From NCBI GenBank assembly GCA_036785375.1, contig JAWMAR010000203.1:4092001-4156000 (forward strand): a DNA stretch of 64,000 nucleotides. Reading direction: 5' to 3'. The notes beneath the pieces were generated by a model. That model saw only the letters and a list, made by a program, of their open reading frames with translations, was not told where the DNA came from and made no database searches. The translations under genes were made by a program, and so were the position numbers. The stretch is from Leucoraja ocellata. Its lineage: Eukaryota. This document shows positions 51,151 to 63,576 of this stretch, piece after piece; positions within the stretch are counted from its first letter, which is position 1, and each line of letters opens with the position of its first letter.

Positions 51151-54100
51151 CAAGAACTAAAACAAATTCAAATTTCAAAACTGTAGCTGGATGTACGTTA
51201 CCTTAACCTTTGTCATGCTGCAGTTCCCACAAGGTCAAGGTTGAAAGCCCCAGATACCTCATTGCAATCTGGTCTTCACCTTGCACAAATCTGGTGATTT
51301 ACCTCCCTCTCCCTTCATCCTCATCTCAGCCATGATCCAGCTTTTCCAGGCTCCAACAAATTAACATCCTTATATTGACTGCACCATCTTCACCAACCAA
51401 CACTCAACTGTTGGATCTGTGCTGTCCTTGATCAAGTGTGCATTACGTGTAAGGTTTAATTTATAACATTTCAACATCCAAGACCATGCTTCTAAACCAG
51501 TTGCTTATATGGTTATAATAACAAGAAACTGCAGCTGCTGGTTTATACCAAAGATAAGACACACAATGCTCAAGTAACTCAGCAGGTCAAGCAAATTCTC
51601 TGTAGAAAATGGATAGGTGACATTTCGGGTAGGAAACCTTCTTTAGACGCTGTCTGATGAAGTGCCCCAACCTGAAATGCAGCTATCCATTTTCTAGAGA
51701 ATGTGCCTGACCTGCTAAGTTACTCCAGCATTGTGTTTAACTCGACTTATATGATTGCTAGCTTTTCATTAACATTCATTATACTGCAATTCGCAAAAAA
51801 ACATTAAATGCTGATGCTAATGATTAATATTTTTCAAAAGTCCACTATTTCACTGAGATCAACTTATTCAAAGGCCTCACTTCAAACAATATTCAAGAAC
51901 TTCCAACTCATCTCCCTTTCTAGTCTGATTTATGAGATTGGGTGAATTCTAAATCCTTTAATCCCAAGCATTGTCCTTGATTGCATATGCTTATGGATCG
52001 ATATACCTGTATAATACGAGTTAAGACTTTTCCCAAACTGTTGAATTCTGCAGCATCATATATCACTCATTCGTGGAGCTAATGTACAACCAACTTTCTC
52101 AACACAGCCTCTACTATCATGTACGAGTCAGAATCCTTGGAATCAGGCCATTCAGCCCAACTTGCCCATGCCAACCATTTCCTGCCTATGTTTAGCCCAA
52201 ATCCCTCGAAAACTTTCCTATCATAATTGTCGGAGCAGAATTAGGCCATTTGGTCCATTGAATCTACTCTGTCATTCAACATGGCTAATCTATCTTTCCC
52301 TCTCAACCCCATTTTCCTGCCTTCTCCTCATAACCTTACTAATTGAGAGCCTGTCAGAAATACCTAAAGACTTGGCCTGTGAAACATTGGTCTGTGAAAT
52401 GAATCCCAGATTCACCACACTTATCCATGTATTTGTCCAGATGTATTTTAAATATTGTTATTGAACCTGCCTTAAAGACCTCTACTGGCAGCTCGTTCCA
52501 TAGGCCTACCACCATCTGTGTGAAAAAGTTGCCCCTCAGGTACCCATTAAATCTTTCCCCTCTCGCCTTGAACCTAGGCTCTCTGATTAACCCTGGGAAA
52601 GGCTGTGCATTAAAATTATATACGATTAAACATTTCAATTAGCACAATTAATATACTGCAATGAATACTGCAGATACTGGAAATCCAAACCAAAAGCAGA
52701 AAATATTATTATTGGGAAGAGAAACAGAGTGGACACCTGTCAAGGTTTCAGAACAAGAAAAATAAGAAAATAAACATTTTTATAATAGTGGGTTTCCAGC
52801 GGGTGGAGCTGCTGCTTCACAGCGCCAGAGACCCGGGTTCGATCCTGACCTCAGGTGTTGTCTGTGTGTGGAGTTTGCAATTGGGTTTGCTCCGGGTGCT
52901 CCGGTTTCCTACCACATTCCAAAGATGTGTGGGTTTGTAGGTTAATTGGGTGTAAAGATATTCCAAGTGTGTAGGGAGTGGATAAGAAAGTAAACTAGTG
53001 TGAACGGGTGATCAATGATCGGCATCGAGAGAATGTCCGTGATAACCACGGGAAACCAAACTTGCCTACATAAAAACCGGGAGTTATATTTTTAAGTTTC
53101 AAAGAGACAGCATGGAACAGGCCCTTCGGCCCACCGAGTCCATGACGACCATCGATCACCTGTACATTAGTTCAACATTATCTCATTTTTGCATCCTATA
53201 TGGGCCGATTAACCTACAAACCTGCATGTCTTTGGGATGCGGGGGGAATTTGGATAACAAAGGAATAACACATGGTCACAGGGAGAATGTGCAAACTTCA
53301 CACAGTCAGGATAAAACTCGGGTCTCTTGCACTGTAGGCAGCCACCCTGCCACTGCATCACTGTGAGGAGGTTCAGGCAGAGGATGATGTGGATCTTATT
53401 TAAGGTCCATGTCTGAGTGAGGAACGGAGCTGCAGGTGAGGGCGAGTGAGAGACGACTGGTGCCAGCACATGGCATAGAGTGTAGAACTCGGAGCATGGA
53501 TGGGGTGTGTAGCAAGTAGTGGTGAGTAGGATCCAGGCACTTTGGACCCAGGATGGCCCAGAAACCTAGAGGCCTCGAATTGGAATTGGAAGCCATGTGG
53601 AACAACTGAGCAGTGAAGGCAGGTGCTGAGGAAACACACGTGGCTATGTTATACCAAAGCCAATTAGTCTACAAACCCGTACGTCTTTGGAGTGTGGGAG
53701 GAAATTGGAGCTTCCAGAGAAAACCCACACAGGGCACGGGGAGAACGAATAAACTCCATATAGCCAGCACCCATAATTTGGATCGGGCCCGGGTCTCTGG
53801 CGGTGTAAGGCAGCAACTCTACCATTGTGCCACCGTGCCACCCATTTCTTTATTAAATTTGGCGGTCAGGACCTTAAACATCTTACAGGATGATGATCCA
53901 CAATAGACACCAACAGCAGGAACCACATCTCGCAAAGCATCTTTTGGATTACAAATAATCAGTATCGTGTCTTAATCCCATCACAAAGCAGAGAACAGCT
54001 TCAAAGTAGACATACAGTACATGGCAGCTGAGAATCCAGAGTAGTCGCATGAATGCTCAGAGATATCTCCACAATTGTCCACATTTGATTATTCTTTCCC

Positions 54101-54510
54101 CTACAGCGTTTTCTTTTTGTGGGCAAAATGGTGTCATTAAGCTGCACGTTCTATAATGTTGGTGTCTAGAAGCTGACACAGACTACTGACAGCGAGTCTG
54201 TGTCATAAGCTGTTTATGACCTGATCCTAAAAGCTGTTTCTCAGCACACATGGTCAACCGATCAAGATCTTCAGACTGATCGTGGTGGTGGTGGGGGGGG
54301 GGGGGGGGGGGGGGGGGAGAAGGAACGAGAAAGCTGGCAGAGAGTACAGAGAGTAGTGGGCAAGATAAAGCCTGGCAAGTGATAGGTGGATACAGGGAAG
54401 AGGTGGGGCAGAGATATGGGTTTGATTGGCAGACAGGTGAGCAAAAGCCGGAGATGAAAATACAAAATATCACGAGTTTCCTTGTTATTTGCAGCAATGC
54501 ATCTTTTGAT

Positions 54511-54563
54511 TTATAAATCTGAAGATTTTTGTCCATCATCCACCTGGATTAAGCGATGTCCTT
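54511..54563 (-). CDS. Probable terminal coding exon of the B7-like gene
   Basis: Acceptor aatttctttattttcag| in unique sequence. The phase-1 frame gives EGHRLIQVDDGQKSSDL-TAA, compatible with the phase-1 donor at 63316. Confidence 0.45.
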
Positions 54564-56929
54564 CTGAAAATAAAGAAATTGGACAAAAAAATAAATCAAC
54601 ATTTTCCCTGCAAATGCTGTTCAGACACAGGTAAACAATAATAATAACATTACAGTAAACCCTCTTTATAAAGGACCATGGGGGGGGGGGGGGGGGGGGG
54701 GGACAATGGTCTCTGTTATTACCAATTGTTTGCTATAACTCAGTAAGGGATTATCATTGTATAAGTGCTGGAGTAACTCAGCGGGTCAGGCAGCATCTCT
54801 GGAGAACATGGACAGGTGATGTTTCGGGTCGTGTCCCTTCCTCAGTCTCTCAGTTGGGAACTGGGCCTGGAATCCAGGTGGGTGCTGGCAGCCGCCAGAG
54901 AGGCGATGATTGGCAAAGTAAATGGTCACGGCTGGCGGGAGCCGGAGTGCAGGTAAAGGCAGTCGGTGGTGAGGCTTTTTACTGTACTCGGTACACATGA
55001 TAATAATAAACCTAAGCACTGAATTTTGAACTGTGCACCTCCTCGATTATCTGTGATCCAACCAAATACATAATCGGGTGATTCTTCAGTAAGTTTTAAG
55101 TTTCTGGAAACCAGAATCTAAAAGTGAAATTTTTGCAACTTTGAATGTTGTTTCACATAGGTGAACATATCTACTATGGGAAAAATATGTTTGTCTCAAT
55201 CTTTTAGATAATTTAGTTTATGTTTTCATCTTTTTCCAGGTTGCCCATTGCATTGTCATATTTTTATGATGAACACTGCAAAACGTAACTGATTTAAGAA
55301 TATAAAATACATATTTTTGTTGCAGTCTTTCAAATTATAATCTTCCTCAAATAAACCATCAAAAAAAAAACTTTTTCAGTCCAACGCATTGATTTAAAAC
55401 CTTCGCAACAGTTTACTGCCAAAAAAAGTGGTGATTTTCAGCAAGAATGGTAACCTTCACATACGTTTTCACCAACTTCCTCTAAAATAATATTAACTTC
55501 AGATAAATAGGCAAAAGCATACTGTTCATTTAACAATTACATTGATAATTATGGTTATTGTTTTATTGTTTTACACATTATGAGCATAAAATACTCATGT
55601 GACGGATATGACTCAGCATGGTGGAGATAATCAAGTTTGGGGGGGGGTCACGTGATGGAGATGACTAAAACTATCTTTAGGGCTGGGGTTGGGGCTAGGA
55701 TTAAGGTTGGGGCTACTTACCCCCGATCCATCTCCAGCCGGACACAAAGCCGTCGCATCTTCCCTTGACCTGATGTCCTTCTCCAGCCCTTATTCACCCC
55801 CCCCCCCCCCCCCCCCCCAACCGAGGAACAAGAGCTGAAGGCTGAAGAGGGCCGGCCGGGCATGGTGAGGGACATAGGGTCACGGGAAGATGCGACGGTT
55901 TTGTCTCCGGCCGGGGCTGGATGGAGATCAGGGTTAAGTTGCGGATGTAGCCGTGACGGGAATGGTGGCCCAAGCCTTTAGCCCAGGATGACCTCGCCAG
56001 AAGGCCATGCCTGGCCATATCGTTTCCAGAATGGCACACCAGAACAAATCAAAAAAGAACGATTTTTTTGTCTCCAAGACTTCAGCAGCGTTCGGGAATG
56101 GCGCTGAATAAAGGTACGTACCCGCTATGCAGCAAGAAACGGAGTTTTCACGCTTTTCGTCCCGCGAATCAGGAAAAATTCACAAGGGGACTTTTGAATT
56201 CCGTGGTCTTTTGAGGTCTGAAGTTCGCGTCTATTCTATTTATAGCCATGTGGGACAGCTCAACAAAGGTGCGTGACGGTAAATGCGTCCGCTGGACCGG
56301 AGGGCTGCAGGTTCGGCAGCTTCGACCACCCCGGGCCGCGGAGTTTGAACCGGCCCGTTCGCGGCGCTTGGATTCAACCGCGGAACTGACATTACTTACC
56401 ATCGCCTGGCGAGGTCACAACATCGGAAGCCTGGATCGCCTCAGCGCAGAGGGAGAACAAGGAGGGAAGAGGCAAAGACTTAAGACTTTTGCCTTCCATC
56501 ACAGTGAGGAGGAGCCTGGTGAACTCACTGTGGTGGATGTTAAATTTGTGTTTATTGTGTGTTTTTGTTTTTTTTATTATATGTATGACTGCATGGCAAC
56601 GAAATTTCGTTCAGACCGAAAGGTCTGAATGACAAATAAATTCAATTCAATGATCAATCATCGGGACAAGGAATTTTTGAAAAATACAGTAAGATTTATA
56701 ATTTTATCAGGAATAGAGGATTTTTTTTTTTAAAAGGGTGATAAATATTTTAATTATTAATACCTACCGTTTATAAGTATTTTAATTTACGATAGATCCC
56801 CCATTATATAAATATGCAGACTTGAAATTTCACTAGTAACCATCGGGACGTGGTTTTCAGGGGGCAGGGGGCATCGAAAATCGGGTAAAATGTAACAAAA
56901 AAGAACACTTTATTCATTTAATGTATAAT

Positions 56930-58044
56930 TTTACTTCGGAGTCACGCGAGTGACTACGTGAAGAACCCGTCCAGCACGCATGCGCAACATTGCGTTCACG
57001 CAGTGCAACAGCGACGAGCAGGAGTACAGGCGCTCCCGCTACAAGCCTGAAGGCCGTTAGGTAAGTACTTACCTTCAGTTTAAAATCGCGACTTTGCTCT
57101 CGTTTGTTGCTCCAGGGGGAGCAAAGCAGCAGAGGGAAGCGGCCCCCATTCGACTCCAGGGAAGGAGCGTTCCGTCAGTGGAGGGGGGAGAGGTGGCACC
57201 TGGACCGCACATGCTGCGGACCACAGTCGTGGTACTGAGCCGATGCCCAGTCCGCTAACAGCTGTCTGACCAACAGCAGCGGACTGGAGGGAAATTCAAA
57301 ACCGGCCGGTATCCCTGCATACTCCATTATTCAAGGGGAATAGAATTAATATCTTGCCACCAGTTCAGCTTGCACCCCAAAGGGTCTACCCTCCCACCAA
57401 GAAGGTCTAGCTACTGGGAAAGATATACCAGGGGTCATAAGAAATCTCATATGAGCCTTTGGTACCAAAAAACCCCAAGATGGTGAATGTCGCACCATCA
57501 TTGATTAACCACTTGAGTATTTCGCCAGGTATACTCACTTATGGAATTTGTAACTACTACCATGGATTCCAAGGATACTTTATGGTAGCCATTGACTTTA
57601 AAGATGCATACTATTCAGTACCATTTTATATATGATTTTGGATATACCACAATTTACCTGGATGGAGCAACCGTGGCGAGCATTGCCATGTTTCATTCAC
57701 GTTTCATTCACTGCACATCTCGCATGTGTATGTGATAAATAAACTTGACTTGATTTGAGTTGACTTATTATTGAATTGGCTTATGAGCCGAAACTATTCC
57801 AGAATTTCAAACCAGCCCCGACACTTAAGGAACATTTCGTCATGGCAAGCCTATATATTAACGACAGACTATCCTTGGAATAGCTATATCAGCTGCATTA
57901 GCTACTAACTTATTTTAGCCTGGTCTCTGTCATATTATCCAGATAACTACGTTGACCCCAACCACAACATTGTCTACCTGGTATTCATTAATGCTATCAG
58001 TTATGGTAACATTTAACCACCTATCAACAACTATAAACCCCATC

Positions 58045-58081
<37 letters not shown>

Positions 58082-61000
58082 GACACTGGGCATTAAACCT
58101 AGTTAGAAATATTGATTATGTTCTAATGAGTATATTCATCGGACTGGCTGCAAGGCCACAAATGGGCCGACATCGGGGGTTTTCAGAGGAAGAGGACTTA
58201 ACATTCTGGTGCCTTTTCCCACAGTGGAAATTCTGCTGTGGGGAGGGGGGGGGGGGGAGACGGGGAGACGTTTGTGTAGAACTCTATATGTGTTGAGTCC
58301 ATTTTTCTTTATTTGTTAACCTTTTTCTATGGTATACAAACGTATTATCTATTTTTGTAAAGCACTTTGGTGTCAATGCGAGTTGACTTAAAGTGTGCTA
58401 TATAAATAAAACTTACTTACTATTGGGCAAGCATATTGCTCAGTAGTGCACCATTTTGCATGTTCGTTTATAATTTAACATCACTGTGGTGGCATATACC
58501 AAACCACTTGGGCGGAATAAAATCGATATGTGACAATTTATTTAACAATTGGTAACCGTATGTCGTCAAAAATACAGTGGACTAAACCCACAGTCATGGT
58601 TCCCAATGGTCCTCGACATGTTCATCAAAACCCTATGATTCCCAATAGCCTAGGCTTATCAACCCACCCAGTTCAGGCATATACCATCCATGCCACGATA
58701 AACTACTAGGTTGCAGGAAGAAAGGGCCTGGATTACAGAATTGGGAAGACCACTGCTGGGCCTGGATCAGACAGCACTATCAACATGATGACAGCATTCC
58801 GCCGCATATCCACTAGGGAACATACCTGGGAAGAAACTGCTCAAACTCAGGAACTACGCATTCAACTACAACAAAACCTGTACTGGAGTTCCTGGCAGGC
58901 CTTCACCACAATGAAGGACTCAGCTACTGCGCCATCAATATAGCCAGAAGTACACTCTCAGCCTACTCAACTCAGGCACCACGACAACAGGGCAAGGGTA
59001 CCACCCACTGGTAATCAAATTCAGGAGAGGTATATTCAATTTCCATTCCCCAGAACTAGGTACATCCAAATTGGGAAGTCAGTGAGATCCTGACGTACCT
59101 TAGGGGATGATCACCAGCCAGGTCCCTCACCCTGGAACAGCCTATCCTGAAGATGGACATGCTGACGGCCTTACCTCAGCACAAAGACCCAGTTCTTCCA
59201 TCTACTGCGATTGGACAACATGGTGATAACATCAGATAGTGTCACATTTTCCTTTCAGGGATTGGCCAAACAGAGCAGACCAGGAACATCAGGTCCAGTC
59301 ATGGAATTCCGGGCATACCCACCTGAACCACGGTTATGTGTCATGACCCACTTAATGAACTACATTGACACAATAAGAAATACCCGAGGGAGAGGAAAAA
59401 GCCTTATGGGTCAGCCACAAGAAACCTCAAGGTCGGGTGACGAGCTAAACTATCTCTAGTGGCTCAAGCAGGTACTGGGAGTTGCTGGAGTAAATACTAA
59501 CGTGTATAAATCTTATTCCACCAGGGCAGCTTCCACGTCAGTGACTAAGAGGATGGACGTGCCTATGGACCGCATCCTGGCTACAGCGGGGTGGTCTAGG
59601 GAGTATATGTTCCAAACTTTGTAACAGGCCGCTGGCAGAACCTGTATCAGTTGCAGAAATAACATTAGAATCTGCAAATATATAATTTAAGCCCGGGGGA
59701 GCATTTGTCTTGTTATTGTTGATAATACAGGTGCACAACCTTTTATCCGAAGATCCAAATAACGAAAACCTCCGAATAGCGGCCATTTTTTCGATCCTTG
59801 AAGAAAGGTCCTTGAAAACGTTCACCGAGAGCGGCCCGCAGAGGTGACAGCGGAACCTCCGGTCGGTCCTCGAAGAAAGGGGAACTAAATCCCCATTCAT
59901 AAAAGAGAAGGTGAGGGTATATTGCGCGGGAGGGTTAATAATTGACAATATGCTGCTACCTGCCCGCTGAGTTAAAAAGTTCCCACGGTAGACTCACGAT
60001 ACACAGTGTATCGTGAGTCTTGCGTGGGAACTTTTTAACTCAGCGTGCAGGCAGCAGCAGATTGTCACTCCCTTCAGTTTCACCCCACCTACACCCCTCT
60101 GCTTCCCGGCCATGTGTGTGACCCCTTCCTTCCCCTCTCCAGCTCCCCGCTCATTGCACCGGCGCGGGGGCTTTGCACTGTCTTCACGTCGGCGATGGCT
60201 GCAGGACAGTGCAGTCACCGGAGACGTCGGGACCAATTGGACGTCGACCACCAGGCCCACTGCAAGCACGGAGATCCCAGAGACCCACAGCCAACAGCAG
60301 CCCAGCCCCGTTCCAACTACAGAGGAACCTGGGTTGCGGATGACGGGGCGCAGCTCGGGGCGTCGTAGGGGCCCATCGGGGTGCGGGTTCCTGTTGGTCC
60401 TGACGTCTCCGGCCACCTGCTATCCTCCGGGAACTGTACCGCCCTTGCAGGAGAGTGGGGTTGTTTGCAGTTGCAGAGGGAGGGGGCAAGGGCGGTACAG
60501 TTCCCAGTCTCAGCTCCAGTCCAGGGGGGGTGGCCGGAGACGTCAGGACCAACGGGACACCGACGCCCAGGCCCACTGCAAGCACGGAGATCCCAGAGAA
60601 CCACAGCCAGCAGCAACTCCAGCCCAGCCCCGCTCCAACTCCAGAGGAACACGTAGGGGCAGAAGCTGTGCAAGGTACGTCTTGTTCTTGGGGTGGCGCA
60701 GCTCGGGCTGTGGGCAAACTGCCACTTGTCGCCGTAGCGGCCCATCGGGGAGATGATTCCTCTGGAGTTGGAGGGGGAGGGGGGTATTGTGCTGTTTGAC
60801 CGCCCCCTGCTATCCCAGGGACAGGGAGACACAGCGGCTTTTTAGACTGGTGGGCAATCACTTCCAAAGTTCTGCCCACACAGTCAGTACACCTCTCCTA
60901 CACTGCATTTCATACAAACATTTATTCTGCAAGAAGAAACTACACTGAAGACTCAAACTCGCGACCGAGTAACTGCCAGGATCGAGGCGCAAACTCGCGA

Positions 61001-61856
61001 CCTGGCTCGGGGATTCAAGAATCCCTGAGCTAGGCCGCCTAAGGGCATGTAGCCCCGCTAGGGTGACATGAGTGCAAGAGGTGATTCAATGCTGCGGGCA
61101 CATTTACAAATTCAGGAATTTATTCAACACACTGCATTTCATACAGGCATTTATTCTGCAAGAAAAAACGACATTGAAGACTCAAATTCGCGACCGAGTA
61201 ACTGCCGGGATCGAGGCGCAAACTCGCGACCTTGCGGATATGAGCCGAGCACTCTACCACTGAGCCAGCCATTAAAATCTACGCAAAAAAATTTCCATTC
61301 CGAAGACCGACAAATTCTGAATTACAAAAAGTGTCTGGTCCCAAGGCTTTCGGATAAAAGGTTGTGCACCTGTACCACTTTTGTTTTACAAACAGATTCA
61401 TGGTTGATTACGATAACATACTTCCTCCCTCGAATGACTTTGGCAGCGAGTGAAGTATGAACTGTTACACGGTTTGAAATCACAGAGCTTTAAAATCTTC
61501 ACGTAGTCACTCACGTGACTCCGAAATAAAATAGTAAGATTAAACGAGAATTTACCAGTTTGAAGTTTGATCTGTATTTTATGAGGAGTTACGATGAGGA
61601 GTTTTATGAGGAGTTACGAGGAGTTATGTGCCCTCCGCTCCCACCCTCAATAATAGAGATCAAACTGGTAACTAAGCTCTCCTTATCTTTACTATATTTA
61701 TTTCAATAACTGTGTCTAGCTGTGATTCCACACCGCTGCTTTGAAGAATGTCGCGCATGCGTGCTGGACGGGTTCTTCACGTAATCCCTCATCGTAACTC
61801 CTCACAAAATACAGATCAAACTTCAAACTGGTAAGTTCTCATTTAATCTTACTATT
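56930..61856 (+). mobile_element. DIRS1-like tyrosine-recombinase retrotransposon, decayed
   Basis: Left ITR about 56930-56990, ICR about 61497-61600, right ITR plus extension about 61747-61856. RT remnant MVAIDFKDAYYSVP near 57582. Recombinase remnants LAKQSRPG, RLCV, STRAASTS and ILATAGWS at 59260-59600. Confidence 0.88.
59728..61372. mobile_element. Non-autonomous TA-flanked TIR transposon nested in the DIRS element
   Basis: TIR CAGGTGCACAACCTTTTATCCGAA at both ends, TA at 59726-59727 and 61373-61374. Same TIR as 28729-29939. Confidence 0.88.
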
Positions 61857-62249
61857 ATAAGGATTATGTTTAACAACAATATAGAAAAAGAAGAAATTGG
61901 ATATAATTACAGATTTTCCTTATATTCAGCATCAAAGTAATGGGACACCAAAATAGACACTTTCTGCAAAATCGCCCAATCGTTTTATCTGAGAATTCTG
62001 AGCTATGGAGGCTATCCAGAAAGTGCAATCCAGAAAATAGTCATCAGTCATTCCACACTGCTAACAATTTCAAAGTTTCTCATGACCAACAATCAGAAAC
62101 ATTGTGCCAAACTTAGGTAATCCATTCGTACAGTATAAGTTTTATTTTACCATACTTGAGACACTGTGCTGAAACAGGTCCTTCGGCCCATCAGGACCAC
62201 ACTGACCAGCGATCACCCCGTACGCTAGGACTATCCTACACACTGCACA

Positions 62250-62580
62250 TGGCGGCGTATTCGGCTAGCCACGCGGCGGGAGGATCCCGGCAAGCCTTGG
62301 CAAAGCCCAACAGAAGGCCCAGCTGGCTTGCCGTGGACTGAGGACCTGCTCCGCAGACCGGAACCCGCCTGCAAGGTCCGGCTCACCCACCCAGAGTGAA
62401 GTGAGTTGGACAGAGGGCCAGTAAGCAGACCGGCTGCAGGAGGCAGTGTACAGCCTTGATGGGGGAGTGGGCAGCTGGAGGCCTTGCAACAGCCTGGGCC
62501 TCGGCTGGACTGGGCACCGCTCCAAGAGGCCGAGCACGTGGACCGTCTGGAGTGGTGGAGGACATCATGGTCACTCATGG
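62250..62580 (-). mobile_element. Possible Tx1/L1-type ORF2 C-terminal fragment inside a SINE
   Basis: One minus-strand frame reads SQLGLLLGFAKA, resembling the LLLGLAK motif of Tx1-type elements. Heavily decayed. Confidence 0.35.
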
Positions 62581-63315
62581 CCAGGCCGACCCTGCAATGT
62601 CACCAGGACAACAGGCCTTCGTGGTCAGGTCAAGAACCCTGCACTTGCAATTGTCACTGGAAAATGGCACCAAAACTGGTGACTGTATACCGACTCTGTG
62701 TACTACTGTAAGACACTTGTATCTGCGATGCTCAGCTAACACGTATTTAAGTATTTCTGTATAGTGACACTTGTACTGAACTGTATACAAAAATGAATTT
62801 CACTGTACCTCAGTACATGAGAGAAATAAAGTGCAATTGACCCACTGAACACAAGGAATAATTTACAATTTCTGGAAGCCAATTAACCTACAAACCCCGT
62901 CTTTGGAGAGTGGGAGTAAACCGGAGCACCCGGAAAAATCGTATGAGGTCTTAGGGAGAATGTACAAACTCCATACAGACACCCCCTAGTCAGGATGGAA
63001 CCCGGGTCTCTGGCGCTGTGAGGCAGCAACTCTACCGCTGCGCCACCGTGTCAACATTACACGTGACAATAATAAACCTAAATCTAAGTCTTGTGGGTCG
63101 GTGAGACTAAATCCTGGAATAATTCACCAACAAACTTGTCAATGACTGATGGATAGACAAAACATGTCTGCCTATCTTTGTCTACCTTCGAATTTTCCAG
63201 CTTCTGCAATTCTTTCTTAAACAATGAGTGATGGATCTCAGATGAATGAAAATATCTCTAATAAGCTTATTTAAATTAACTTTTACTTGATTAATAATCT
63301 CAGAGATAAACTTAC

Positions 63316-63576
63316 CCGAGAAAACCACTCGAATCTGTTTTGTCATCCACTCATGCCTCATTGAGCAGATGTACTGATTCTGTTCGTCAAATACTTTCAG
63401 ATCGTGGGTCACGTTGAAATGGCCATTGGGTTCTCTCATGGTTATTTCACTGTGTTTGTTTAAATCGTTCCCCGATTTGTCCTTCCACTCCACCGTTGGG
63501 GCAGGATACCACCCGGACGACTGGCAAGAGAGCATGCCCATTTCGGAATTCCAGATTAATTTGATAGGATCAGCAG
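63316..63576 (-). CDS. IgC exon of a B7/butyrophilin-family gene (upstream exons lie beyond the window)
   Basis: Acceptor tatgtttcttttcttggcag|, donor TCGG|gtaagt, 261 nt, phase 1-1. LSCQSSGWYPAPTVEWKD...NGHFNVTHDL...YICSMRH matches the CxSxGWYPxPxVxW motif of B7/butyrophilin IgC domains. Confidence 0.88.
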
